A stretch of DNA of 64,000 nucleotides from Candidatus Caldarchaeales archaeon (GCA_039630055.1 JBCNVN010000002.1:32001-96000); one strand, 5' to 3'; counted from the stretch's first letter, positions 10,047 through 20,153 are shown. The notes: a model not told the origin generated them from the letters alone. Made by a program: numbers and translations.

Positions 10047-11078
10047 CTACTGAATCTTTAAGATATCCTTATACGTTTTCTCATCATATACGATAGATAT
10101 ATCATTCGATGGCTTCAGGTTTGGAGGTTTGAAGAATGGTTCTCTAAGTCTAACTGCCTGGATGAATATTCTTTCAAGCTCTTCATCTGATGCACCATTC
10201 CTCATAGGCGTTATAAAGTCTACGAGGTTATCATCTCTCAATAAGCATGGCTTAAATTTTCCGTCATGGGTTATCCTAATCCTATCGTTATTCATGCAGA
10301 AATCATAATTATTGTTTGGTCTAACCAACTCTACCCAAACACCATTAGGTAGTAGATACTGCTTTCTCATCTGGAAGCTTCTAGTAACGATCTTTACAGC
10401 CTCTTTCTCAAATCTCTCTTCAACCTCTTTTAAACTATAGTAATACTTTTCATAGAATTCTCTGTTTGCAGATCCTTCTTCTATAAGTTCTATTAATTGT
10501 AGGATGACATGGTCTCCGAACTCTGATGCAAAATCTATGAGTTCCTCTATCTCATCATCATTCACATTTTTCATAACTACAACGTTAAGTTTTACAGGTT
10601 TCAATCCAGCTTCTATAGCTGATTTAATAGCATCTATAACATATTCATGTCTAGTTCTCCCATCCCCTCTATCTTTCGTCCCAGTGATCAAGCAGTACTT
10701 ATCTCTGTTAACGGTATGTAGGCTGATGTTTACTCTCATCAATCCTGCATCCTTCAACTTCTTGGCCATAGAGATCAACCTCGTCCCATTGGTGGTCATA
10801 CTAAGATCCCTCAAACCCAGTTTACCTAGACGATGCACTATATCTAGGATATCTCTACGGAGCATCGGCTCTCCACCAGTCAATTTAACCTTATCAACAC
10901 CATACTTCATCATTATTTTTACGATCCTCTCGATCTCCATGGGTGAGATGAGGTTGTCTGAACCCTTGACAACCCCCTCCATATGGCAGAAGATACATCT
11001 GAAATTACAGGTATAGCTAGGGTTTATAGATATTCTAACACCTTTAAGAGGTCTTCCAAAGCAGTCGACTAGATGCAA
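10047..11078 (-). CDS. moaA: GTP 3',8-cyclase (molybdopterin/tungstopterin biosynthesis radical SAM enzyme)
   Basis: CNFRCIFCH, LTGGEP, MTTNG, FC..NDRIRITHDGKFKPCL. Confidence 0.93.
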   Translation of the reverse strand: MHLVDCFGRPLKGVRISINPSYTCNFRCIFCHMEGVVKGSDNLISPMEIERIVKIMMKYGVDKVKLTGGEPMLRRDILDIVHRLGKLGLRDLSMTTNGTRLISMAKKLKDAGLMRVNISLHTVNRDKYCLITGTKDRGDGRTRHEYVIDAIKSAIEAGLKPVKLNVVVMKNVNDDEIEELIDFASEFGDHVILQLIELIEEGSANREFYEKYYYSLKEVEERFEKEAVKIVTRSFQMRKQYLLPNGVWVELVRPNNNYDFCMNNDRIRITHDGKFKPCLLRDDNLVDFITPMRNGASDEELERIFIQAVRLREPFFKPPNLKPSNDISIVYDEKTYKDILKIQ

Positions 11079-11173
11079 TTTTAAGTATCCTCCACGACTG
11101 ATCTATAATGCTATTCTAGAGAATATAAACTATTTTAATATTAACGAATTGGGGTTAATGGGTAGGGTCTAGG

Positions 11174-12169
11174 TTGAGTAGAGGAGATATCATCGTTCTT
11201 GGAATAGAGTCTACAGCCCATACATTCGGCGTAGGCGTAGCCACCGCTTCAGGCAGAATATTAGCCAATATCTATGAGGTTTACAGTCCTAGGTCTGGAG
11301 GTATTCATCCTAGAGAAGCCGCTCAACATCATACTCTAGTAGCCCCTGATACGATCAGAAGGGCAATAGAATACTCTAACATATCTCCTTCACAGATAAG
11401 TGGGGTTGCTTTCTCATCTGGACCTGGAATGGGGCCATGTCTTAGAGTTGGTGCAACAGTTGCTAGAACACTATCATTAAAACTCAAAGTTCCACTAATA
11501 GCCGTCAACCATGGAGTAGCCCATATAGAGATAGGAAGGCTGACTACTGGATGTAGAGACCCGGTTGTCTTATATGTTGCTGGTGGGAACACACTAATCA
11601 CAGCATATCGAGATGGGAAATACCGGATCTTCGGAGAGACGCTTGATATCGCTGCTGGAAACTGTCTAGATGTATTTGGATTAAAGACTGGCATCGGCCC
11701 TATGCCAAACCCTGAGATAAGAGCAAGAGATGGAGAAAAACTCTATCCTCTACCATATAGAGTTAAAGGCATGGATGTTTCTTTTTCAGGAATATTGACA
11801 GCTGCATTAAGGCTTGTTAAAGATGGTGTTAGGTTAGAGGATGTCTGCTACAGCCTTATAGAAACAGTTTATAGTATGTTGACAGAGGTAACTGAGAGAG
11901 CACTAGCATTTACAGAGAAGAGAGAAGTATTGATAGTTGGAGGGTTATCGAGAAGTGTAAGATTAAAAGAGATGATGAATGAGATGGTTAAAATACATGA
12001 TGCAAAAAGTTTCCATGTTCCAGAAGAATATGCAGGGGATAATGGTGCAATGATAGCGTGGACTGGAGCATTACAGCTCTTGACAGGACAAGTAGTCTCT
12101 ATAGAAGAAAGCAAAGTTAGACCTAGATATCGGATAGATGAAGTAGATATAAAATGGTTTCACTATTGA
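11174..12169 (+). CDS. kae1: tRNA N6-threonylcarbamoyladenosine synthesis protein Kae1 (KEOPS)
   Basis: LGIESTAHT, GIHPREAAQHH, GPGMGPCL, VNHGVAHIE, DNGAMIA. Confidence 0.96.
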   Translation: MSRGDIIVLGIESTAHTFGVGVATASGRILANIYEVYSPRSGGIHPREAAQHHTLVAPDTIRRAIEYSNISPSQISGVAFSSGPGMGPCLRVGATVARTLSLKLKVPLIAVNHGVAHIEIGRLTTGCRDPVVLYVAGGNTLITAYRDGKYRIFGETLDIAAGNCLDVFGLKTGIGPMPNPEIRARDGEKLYPLPYRVKGMDVSFSGILTAALRLVKDGVRLEDVCYSLIETVYSMLTEVTERALAFTEKREVLIVGGLSRSVRLKEMMNEMVKIHDAKSFHVPEEYAGDNGAMIAWTGALQLLTGQVVSIEESKVRPRYRIDEVDIKWFHY

Positions 12170-12248
12170 TGTGGAGTCCAAGTTGGATGATATTAGGAAA
12201 AAATTTTAATTCATATTCTTCTAATTTAGGGATCTATGATAGAGGCTG

Positions 12249-13478
12249 TTAAGCCATTCTTATTATATCTTCTAGAGCAGAGGTCAAAAGATCTATATCT
12301 TCAATGGTGTTGTATATGTAGTAGCTTGCTCTAACCGCTCCATCTATCTTTAATCTTTCATATAGTAAGTGAGCACAATGCTTGCCGGTTCTTACAGCAA
12401 CACCATATCCATCAAGTAGTGTACCCACTATATTTGGGTCCATACCTCTGATGTTAAAAGGTATTATCCCGCATCTTTCAGAAACATTTCTAGGACCGTA
12501 GACTACTACAGAGTCACCCAATTCTTTAAATCTCTTCAATGTATACTCTGTCAATTCTTCTTCATGTCTCTTCACATTCATCATACCGATCTTCATCAAG
12601 TATTCAGCTGCTACACCGAGACCTATCGCTCCTGATATATTTGGAGTCCCCGCCTCATATCTATGTGGAGAACCAAGTAAACTATGACTCTCGATACCGA
12701 CTTCTCTTACAGCTCCACCTCCGAGACGTAGAGGTGGAAGATCATCAAGTAGTTCACTCCTAACCCATAATACACCTATACCTGTCGGTCCCAGCATCTT
12801 GTGGCCACTAAATGCTAGAAAATCTATTCCAAGGTCTTTCACGTCTATCATTATGTGGGGTACAGATTGGGCGCCGTCAACTACAAGTACTCCTCCAACC
12901 TCGTGAACCCTCTTCGCAACCTCTTTTATATCTATAATCGTTCCAACCACGTTTGATACATGAGTAAATGAGGCTATCTTCGTTCTTTTACTTAAATTTT
13001 CATCAAGATCAGAATAATCCAATCTTCCATCATCCATTATGTTGACATATTTTATCTTCGCTCCTTTGAGAGATGCAACCGCCCGCCATGGAAGTATGTT
13101 GCTATGATGTTCTAAGACTGTTAAAAGTATTTCATCATCTCTATGTAAATGTTTTAGTCCATAAGCATACGCAACCATGTTTAGTGAGTCTGTTGTACCA
13201 TAAGTAAAGATTACCTCATCTGTACTATTAGCATTTATCAGCTTACCTATTTTTTCTCTTGCTTCTTCATATCTTTGTGTTGCCTGCAGACTTAGAGTAT
13301 GAACCCCTCTATGAATATTACTATACTCATATAGTTCAAATTGTTTAACAGCTTCGACGACTGGGACAGGTTTAAGTGAGGATGCAGCGCTATCCAGATA
13401 AACGAGTCTTCTACCTCTTATCTTCTTTTCTAGAATTGGGAAATCTTTTAAGATCTCATCAACTTTGAGACAGGACAT
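12249..13478 (-). CDS. sufS: Cysteine desulfurase, SufS (group II) type
   Basis: YLDSAAS, NIHRGVH, DGAQS, FSGHKM, RTGKHCA (group II RxGxHCA). Confidence 0.93.
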   Translation of the reverse strand: MSCLKVDEILKDFPILEKKIRGRRLVYLDSAASSLKPVPVVEAVKQFELYEYSNIHRGVHTLSLQATQRYEEAREKIGKLINANSTDEVIFTYGTTDSLNMVAYAYGLKHLHRDDEILLTVLEHHSNILPWRAVASLKGAKIKYVNIMDDGRLDYSDLDENLSKRTKIASFTHVSNVVGTIIDIKEVAKRVHEVGGVLVVDGAQSVPHIMIDVKDLGIDFLAFSGHKMLGPTGIGVLWVRSELLDDLPPLRLGGGAVREVGIESHSLLGSPHRYEAGTPNISGAIGLGVAAEYLMKIGMMNVKRHEEELTEYTLKRFKELGDSVVVYGPRNVSERCGIIPFNIRGMDPNIVGTLLDGYGVAVRTGKHCAHLLYERLKIDGAVRASYYIYNTIEDIDLLTSALEDIIRMA

Positions 13479-13531
13479 TTCTAAAAAATATATAGAAATT
13501 TCTAATATATAATTAATGATATTTCTATTGA

Positions 13532-13771
13532 TTACCTTGTGTAGACTACCGTTATCTTCGTTCCATCTCTTTCAACTAACTCGATTTTCAGACTCCGCTT
13601 CCTCGCAAGCATCTCTAATACTTTGAATGGTATCTCTCTCTCATCTGAAACAACTTTTAATGATCCTCTACCTTCCTCTACTCTTGACAATAGCTGGGTT
13701 AATCTTATCACTGGGTTCTCGGTGCATCCAGGCTTCTTCTCTGTAAGATCTATAAGGTATACCTCGCTCAA
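13532..13771 (-). CDS. Small TusA/SirA-like protein with atypical motif (CTENP)
   Basis: 79 aa; IDLT...GC..NP followed by helix and LKVVSD, matching the TusA layout; coupled to iscU. Confidence 0.55.
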   Translation of the reverse strand: MSEVYLIDLTEKKPGCTENPVIRLTQLLSRVEEGRGSLKVVSDEREIPFKVLEMLARKRSLKIELVERDGTKITVVYTR

Positions 13772-14265
13772 GGAACTCTACCAAACTTCTTATACATTCT
13801 CTCTATTAATTCTTCTTCCTCCAGGGCTTGCCTCTCTTCTTTACTCAAGTCTGCTGGTAACCAGTCTGGATGCTCTCTACCGGTTTCTTCAAAATATTTT
13901 CTGATAGCCCTCTTCAATCCTCCAACCGCCAGTACACTACAATGGTATTTTATCGTTGGAAGACCTCCAAGCTCTTCAGCCACCTTTTCCCAAGATATCT
14001 CCCATGCTTCCTTCAAGGTCTTCCCCTTAACCATCTCGGTCAATATGCTTGCAGCCGCAATGTTTGCCGCACATCCATAGCTCTCAAAAGATGCATTCAA
14101 TATCCTTCCCTCATCTATCTTTAAGTAGATCCTGATAACATCTCCACATGCTGGGCTTCCAGCTTGAGATACTACATCTGCATCGTGCATCACTCCTAAA
14201 TTTTTAGGATTCTTAAATAGTTCTAGAATCTTTGGAGAGTATATTAGTGGTGTTCTCGTACTCAT
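13768..14265 (-). CDS. iscU: Fe-S scaffold IscU/NifU-N with C-terminal extension
   Basis: YS.KILELFKNPKNLG, GSPACGD, GCAANIA, KYHCSVLA. Confidence 0.92.
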   Translation of the reverse strand: MSTRTPLIYSPKILELFKNPKNLGVMHDADVVSQAGSPACGDVIRIYLKIDEGRILNASFESYGCAANIAAASILTEMVKGKTLKEAWEISWEKVAEELGGLPTIKYHCSVLAVGGLKRAIRKYFEETGREHPDWLPADLSKEERQALEEEELIERMYKKFGRVP

Positions 14266-15512
14266 CAGTCAACCGCCTCCTCTAGAACTTCTTTATACTC
14301 TTTACCTAATGGACTGATAGTTCTAAGCCTCTGGATTGCTGGAGGTATCTGGCTTAGAGCATACTCTACATCTTCTCTAGTATTATAGCGTGACAATTTG
14401 AAGAGGATGCTCCCATGAGCTTCTACATGCCTTCTACCTATAGCTAAGATGACGTGGCTCGGCTCGAGAACTCTACTGGTGCATGCGCTACCACTAGAAA
14501 CATAGACCCCCCTAGTGCTTAGTTCAATCGTTATCGATTCTCCCTCTACATGGAGAAAGCTTACGTTAACATTGTCTGGAGCTCTCCTCTCTCCTCTAGG
14601 ACCATTCAAGAGTACATCTGGAACATTCTCTATTATCCCATCCAATAATTTATCTCTTAAGATCTTCATCTTCTCCACGTTCTTGTCGAAGTCTGTGAAT
14701 GCAAGTTCTACAGCCTTCCTAAATCCAGCTATAGATGGAACGTTCTCAACCCCTGGCCACAATCTTTGAGTACTCAAAGCTCCATCTAGCACAGATTTTA
14801 TCTTAACCCCTGGACCGACATATAATATGCCTACACCCTTAGGTCCATGTATCTTGTGGCTACTTAACGTTAACATATCGAGACCAAGCTTCTTCACATC
14901 CATCCTAATCCTACCATAAGCATCTGAAGCATCTGTATGGAATATTATTTTTTCATCTACATCTTTAACTATTTTAACCAACTTCTCCAATTCTTGCACG
15001 GTTCCAATCTCATGATTAACTGCTTGAATGCTAACCATGAATGTCTTATCATCTAGTACTGCTTCAAGCATATCCGGGTCTACGAATCCTTCTTCATCTA
15101 CCGGTAGAGTAACAAGCTTGAAGCCACGTTCCTCTAATGTTCTAGCAGGAAAGAGTACACTTGGATGTTCTATAGCGGATGTTATTATCTTCTTTCTCTC
15201 ACTATCCATATTTGCTAGAGCAGTTCCTTTAATAGCTAGGTTGTTAGACTCTGTACCGCTATGGGTTATTACAAGCTCACCATCTCCAATATTCAATGTT
15301 TTGCCTACGAGATCGAGGGTTGACTCTAATACTTCGTAAGCTTCCCATCCAGGACGATTCGTTATGGATGGGTGACCATAACCTCTCTGATTAAAATATG
15401 GAAGCATTTCTTCAACTACTTCTGGTGGCACCCATCCTGAATTCTCATGGTCGAAATATGCTTCTCTAGGTGGCTTACCATGTTCTTGCAAAAACTCATA
15501 TACCTTCCTCAT
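14265..15512 (-). CDS. iscS: Cysteine desulfurase, IscS/NifS (group I) type
   Basis: SGTESNNLA, SAIEHPSV, SSHKIHGPKG, SSGSACTS. Confidence 0.92.
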   Translation of the reverse strand: MRKVYEFLQEHGKPPREAYFDHENSGWVPPEVVEEMLPYFNQRGYGHPSITNRPGWEAYEVLESTLDLVGKTLNIGDGELVITHSGTESNNLAIKGTALANMDSERKKIITSAIEHPSVLFPARTLEERGFKLVTLPVDEEGFVDPDMLEAVLDDKTFMVSIQAVNHEIGTVQELEKLVKIVKDVDEKIIFHTDASDAYGRIRMDVKKLGLDMLTLSSHKIHGPKGVGILYVGPGVKIKSVLDGALSTQRLWPGVENVPSIAGFRKAVELAFTDFDKNVEKMKILRDKLLDGIIENVPDVLLNGPRGERRAPDNVNVSFLHVEGESITIELSTRGVYVSSGSACTSRVLEPSHVILAIGRRHVEAHGSILFKLSRYNTREDVEYALSQIPPAIQRLRTISPLGKEYKEVLEEAVD

Positions 15513-15624
15513 ATCACTATAACTACGTTATAAAACGTTGAATATAAATTATTCCATTTGCTTGAGAAGACTTATATAAGTGAAGAGGTAACGATGTTTT
15601 TACACAATTTGAGAGGATTGAATC

Positions 15625-16314
15625 TTACTTAAGGTGCACCTGGAATGTAAGCAGTAAAAACAATAGCCCCAGAGAGACCATTACTATTCCCAATGATAGT
15701 TTAAACTTATCCTTATTCATCTGATGCCATCGTCGGATACTTATCATAATCTTCTTAGTAGAGGTTATGTAGAGTATGAAAGCTAGAGGTGCTATGAACA
15801 GGATGTTATATGTGGACAAGAGTAGTGTAGGGTAGGGAGCATCTGTTATCATCGAGATAAATGTTGGGTAGACTCCTCCAGTACACACATATGGAAAATT
15901 GTGTAATCCAAAGAGAATACCTGCTGTTAGGGAAGACCCGTAACCAATCCTCTTCATTTGCATTATCGCTCTCTCCCTACGTATTGAAGACCTGTTAAGC
16001 GGCAAGACTTCTAAACCGAGATATGATAGTATATTAGCTATTCCAACAAACATCATGATCGAAATGCTTACCCATTTAGAGAGATGTGGAAAGGTTGAAA
16101 TGCTTAGCGAAATAGTTAACAACCCTAATCCTACCAACATATACGATGAGAACACTCCTATGATATATGATATTCCTAAGATTAAGACGGTCAACCTGTT
16201 AGCGCCTGCAGAATATGTAGGTGATATGAAGAGAGCTAGGAGGCTTAAGTTACATATATTTAAACCATCTAAGATCCCTAAGAACAAAATGTATGGATTA
16301 TCCATGTCTCCCAC
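15625..16314 (-). CDS. CcdA/DsbD-like transmembrane redox protein
   Basis: Multi-TM; DGLNIC (cf. D..NPC) and VCTGGVY cysteine motifs, YNILFIAPL. Confidence 0.7.
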   Translation of the reverse strand: MGDMDNPYILFLGILDGLNICNLSLLALFISPTYSAGANRLTVLILGISYIIGVFSSYMLVGLGLLTISLSISTFPHLSKWVSISIMMFVGIANILSYLGLEVLPLNRSSIRRERAIMQMKRIGYGSSLTAGILFGLHNFPYVCTGGVYPTFISMITDAPYPTLLLSTYNILFIAPLAFILYITSTKKIMISIRRWHQMNKDKFKLSLGIVMVSLGLLFLLLTFQVHLK

Positions 16315-16487
16315 CTAGAATCTGTAGACGACCGCTTTTGTATTATTAAGTAGCTCGATTTCCACTTTATCACCTGGAGATAGTCATGGCTCTTTAACCA
16401 TGTTATGAGTATATCTAAAATGAACTATTTCTCCAGACTCCATTATAATTACTACTCTACATGTAAACTCAACTATCTCGGTTTAGC

Positions 16488-17219
16488 CTACTCTTCTAAT
16501 TCTAGTTCTTGGATAAAGTCACCGTGCCAAGAATGGTACCAGACCGCTCCTGTAAACTCGTTAACGCTTAGCATACTATGTATCTGTCCATTAAGCTTAT
16601 AATCCATAGTATAATAGCCGTAGAATTTTGTTGGCTCTTCTACTTCTATTCTTCCAGGATAAATACGTGAAAGATAATCATATGCTATCTGCTTAGCTTC
16701 ATCCTCTGTTATTATAGTGCTGAAAGGCGCTGGGGTTCGAGGGCCTATCACAGGCCCCATTCTATAATGCATTCCATACTTTATATTCCACATCATGTTA
16801 GGCCCAGGCTCAGGCGTTATCTGTCCAGTATAGGGGTTTACAAGAACCTCGAAAGCTCCCATACCTGTATCTTTTTCCATTATTATAGCGTAGAAATTGT
16901 TCGTAAACTCCATGATCTCTTTAATAGAGAAGCCTCGACCCAGGGTGTAGACATACGATTCTAAAATAGATTTAACAGAGTTTATGTCAAGTCTTTGATT
17001 GGGAATTGTTGGATACCACCATCCATACATTGGACACATTGGAGACCCTCTTACATACCACCACCCCCAATTACCTGGAGCCGTGGGTGCATTGCTTGAT
17101 GTAGTGTTCGCAGAAACTACTAAGAAGCCTGCTACAGTGGCGGCTATTGCCAAGAGGATTAATCCAATTATCAAGATGGGAGAATTTTTCAATCGGCTCA
17201 TATTATCACCTAGCAGCAA
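16488..17219 (-). CDS. Membrane-anchored conserved hypothetical protein with PepSY-like repeats
   Basis: N-terminal TM; [13 protein letters not shown]; two 'IT.DEAKQIA...VN..TG.' PepSY-like units. Confidence 0.6.
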   Translation of the reverse strand: MLLGDNMSRLKNSPILIIGLILLAIAATVAGFLVVSANTTSSNAPTAPGNWGWWYVRGSPMCPMYGWWYPTIPNQRLDINSVKSILESYVYTLGRGFSIKEIMEFTNNFYAIIMEKDTGMGAFEVLVNPYTGQITPEPGPNMMWNIKYGMHYRMGPVIGPRTPAPFSTIITEDEAKQIAYDYLSRIYPGRIEVEEPTKFYGYYTMDYKLNGQIHSMLSVNEFTGAVWYHSWHGDFIQELELEE

Positions 17220-17422
17220 CGTGTGTCATGAGAATGCGATGTAATTCTAGAAGGATGAGCAGCGTATCCTTCAGGATTCTTCTCGAACTCTGTTTTACAG
17301 TATTCTGAACAGAAGTAGTAGGTTTCTCCAAGATATGTACTTTTGAAACTATTTTCCATCTTCACCATCATACCACATACAGGATCTACTAATTCTTTTC
17401 TCTTAAACATCGGATCACTCAA
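17210..17422 (-). CDS. YHS/TRASH domain metal-binding protein with His/Cys tail
   Basis: DPVCGM...[14 protein letters not shown]; C-terminus HSHDTRCC. Confidence 0.85.
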   Translation of the reverse strand: MSDPMFKRKELVDPVCGMMVKMENSFKSTYLGETYYFCSEYCKTEFEKNPEGYAAHPSRITSHSHDTRCC

Positions 17423-17578
17423 ATCTTATATATGCCTAGAGAATATAAGCAGTGCGTATCTTTTATAACTTTTTGTAATATTCTGTAGTTATTAAGTGGA
17501 AAGATTTAGTCTATAGGATATAGGTGAAGTTCAAGTGAAATCCCGGTTAATCACTTCGTATTATTTTTCCGGTTATAT

Positions 17579-18124
17579 CTAGAGGTCTATATTCTTTAGT
17601 TCAATGGTTACAGCGTGATCACTTAGAGAGAAATAGGCATCTACTCCTATCCTTTCAAATATCGGCTGGATGTAGTGGGCTATGAAGAGAGAGCCTTTTG
17701 AGCCTAGAGAATGTGTAAGCGTGATAATGATCTTGTCCTCTTTTATAACTTCATTATAACTGAAGAAGTTTGCATATTTTGAAAGAGTTTTGAGATAACT
17801 GAACACAGCTTCAATTGATAGTGATCCTTCTTTTGCAATTATGAATGTTTCCGAAATATCTTTACCTGCAGTATAACTTGCTTTTATCAATAGCTCTTCT
17901 GGAAAAGCTTCTAGCAGATTCTTAAAAGCTAGTGTCATCAATTTAATTACACCAAGCTTTTCTGCATATCTATCGAAGTTTACGTATGAGAGGAAGATCT
18001 GATTTACAAGCGTATTCACGCTGACATTATGTCTTTGAGCATCTTCTTGAAGTATCTTTAAAACTACCTCGCTTATCCTAAACGATCTAGTTACAGTCTT
18101 TTCAAACTCCATCAATACTACCAA
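17579..18124 (-). CDS. Ribbon-helix-helix-like putative transcriptional regulator with C-terminal sensor-like domain
   Basis: TRSFRISEVVLKILQEDAQRHNVSVNTLVNQI fits the RHH pattern. Confidence 0.6.
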   Translation of the reverse strand: MVVLMEFEKTVTRSFRISEVVLKILQEDAQRHNVSVNTLVNQIFLSYVNFDRYAEKLGVIKLMTLAFKNLLEAFPEELLIKASYTAGKDISETFIIAKEGSLSIEAVFSYLKTLSKYANFFSYNEVIKEDKIIITLTHSLGSKGSLFIAHYIQPIFERIGVDAYFSLSDHAVTIELKNIDL

Positions 18125-18130
18125 ACCTAA

Positions 18131-18146
18131 TATTATCCGGATAATA
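18131..18146. promoter_or_regulatory. Perfect 16-bp palindrome TATTATCCGGATAATA, candidate operator
   Basis: Exact inverted repeat between the divergent RHH regulator and YHS gene. Confidence 0.55.
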
Positions 18147-18210
18147 AATTTGTCTTCTCAAATCTTAGAAAACTTTAAGAACCCAGAGTATAAGCTAATC
18201 TTGAAGCTGT

Positions 18211-18354
18211 ATGGCTAAGGATCCGGTTTGCGGAATGATGGTAGATGAGAAGAAGGCGAAGTATATTTTCGAATACAAATCTAGAAGATACTACTTCTGT
18301 TCTGAAGCTTGTAGAAACATATTTAAGAATAATCCAGAGAAATACATAAAATAG
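18211..18354 (+). CDS. Small YHS domain protein (47 aa, below the ORF-track cutoff)
   Basis: Manual translation [47 protein letters not shown]. Confidence 0.88.
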   Translation: MAKDPVCGMMVDEKKAKYIFEYKSRRYYFCSEACRNIFKNNPEKYIK

Positions 18355-18387
18355 TCATCTTTCGTAATCTAATAATATGCTGATAAT

Positions 18388-18681
18388 TTAATGTTGATCA
18401 TCTTTTTGTACGGTCTTCTTTATAACTATCTTCCATAATGCTTCTTCTAGGCGTTCTACGCTCAAAACCTTGTGACCTCTCTCGACAGCTACGTCTTGAA
18501 TAGTTTTAGTAGATGGCTGGTTATCGAATATTATCTCCAGTATCTCATCTTCTTTGATCTTCTCCAATGTTTTAATAGTGTATAAGGTGGGATATGGACA
18601 TGGTAGCCCTAAAACCTTTAATACATATCTGCCAGGTTCAACCTCGCTTACCTCTATATTCATGACTGAGGTCACCTCCAT
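18388..18681 (-). CDS. tusA: Sulfurtransferase TusA family protein (likely start ATG 18663)
   Basis: LKVLGLPCPYP (CPxP motif); GGAGGTGA ribosome-binding site before 18663; overlaps the reductase 3' end. Confidence 0.88.
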   Translation of the reverse strand: MEVTSVMNIEVSEVEPGRYVLKVLGLPCPYPTLYTIKTLEKIKEDEILEIIFDNQPSTKTIQDVAVERGHKVLSVERLEEALWKIVIKKTVQKDDQH

Positions 18682-20153
18682 TCTCGATTGTCTCCTCTAA
18701 AAGCTTATCCGCAAATTGATGAAAATCTCTTAAACCACTATTAATAAACTTCTTTAAAATATCTTCAATTACTTGATTTACATGATCTTCAGGAATATTT
18801 TTGATAAATAATTTGGAGAGCTTCGAGCCGGTGCCCATTATGTAGAGGTTGAAACACGGTATCGAGATTCCATCTTTTTTGATTGTTGTTGATTGTAAAC
18901 CTATGTCTGAGACTAGATGATGTGCGCAAGAATTTGGGCATCCACTAATAGAGATGCTTATATCAAGCTTTTCAAGATCTCTACCAAGTTTATCAACTAG
19001 ATAGTCTAATAGTATGCCTGCTCTCCTCTTACTGCTTTCAAGACTCTTACCGCAGAAATTACTTGGACAAGCTCTTGTCCTAATTTTTATTAATGGTTGT
19101 CTTGGATCCAGTCCAATCATCTTCAGTTCCTCTACAACTCTTGTCAATTCCTTCTCAGGAATGTGTATTAATACTAGCTTCTGAGCTGGAGAAACCCTAA
19201 TCTCATCACTATATCTTTCAGCTATCTCAATTATCTTCTTGAATTGATGAACGTTTAAGAGACCTGTGAAAATTGGCACAATCAGAGAGTATAATCCATT
19301 CTCCTTCTCATGCGATACAACATCATGGTCTCCCCATTCTAAATTTAGCTTACTGCAATCTAGATACTGAAAGTTTTTACCCATGTTTTCTTCAATTAAC
19401 TCTCTCAATCTACTCAACCCCTTCTCCTTAATTAACCATTTAAACCTCGCAGTGCTCTTCCTATCCCTAAGCCCATGATCTCTATAGATCTCGACCACCG
19501 TTCTTATGAATTCTAATGATTCAGATACTGGTACAAAGATGTTTAATGGTTGAGCAAGAAATGGTGGAAAGCCTAAGCTTCCTCCAACCAGAGGTGTAAA
19601 ACCTATTCCATACTCCGATTTTACAGCTACTAATGCTAAATCGTTTATCTCAGGTTTTATACAGTTTATCTTACATGAAGATATTCCTATCTTAAATTTT
19701 CTAGGCAGGTCTAAAAACTCCTTATTTCCTGTAAACATCTCTACGGCTCTCTTAACTATTGAGCTAGTTTCAATTATCTCATCGGTTTGAATTCCTGTCA
19801 AGGGGCATGTAACAATATTTCTTATTTCTAACATCTCCATATCCAGCTTTTGGATAATGCTGCCCACACATATCTGTGAATAGCTCAGCCTCTTCAAGCT
19901 TAGAAAAGATGTCTAGTGAGTCTACATCTCTAATCCAATGTAGTTGTATATCTTGCCTAGTTGTTACCTCAAGATATCCTCTTCCATATCTTTCTGATAG
20001 TTCGGCAATAGTCCTAGCTTGATCTATTCTTAGAATTCCCGCAACTATTTTTATCCTTAGAAAGTGTATTGACCCTTCTCCTTGTTCTGAGCCTAGAGCA
20101 TATCTTCCAACGTACTTATTGAGAACTTCTACTTCTTCTAGTTCTAGTCTATT
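18638..20153 (-). pseudogene. Frameshifted ferredoxin sulfite/nitrite reductase (siroheme-[4Fe-4S])
   Basis: C-terminal part: LPRKFKIGISSC, RACPSNFCG, SGCPNSC. N-terminal part in another frame: FLRIKIVAG, YGRGYLEVTTRQDIQLHW, GYGDVRN. Joined by removing a 7-bp duplication at 19816-19829; no canonical start codon. Confidence 0.85.
19816..19829 (+). repeat. Perfect 7-bp tandem duplication TATTTCT x2 (AGAAATA x2 on the coding strand) causing a frameshift
   Basis: Removing one copy restores GDVRNIVTCPLTG. Confidence 0.9.

Noticed and set aside
15525-15538. ACGTT-ATAA-AACGT near-palindrome upstream of iscS as a SurR site
   Set aside because: Spacing is GTT-N4-AAC, not the GTT-N3-AAC of SurR; too short to call an operator
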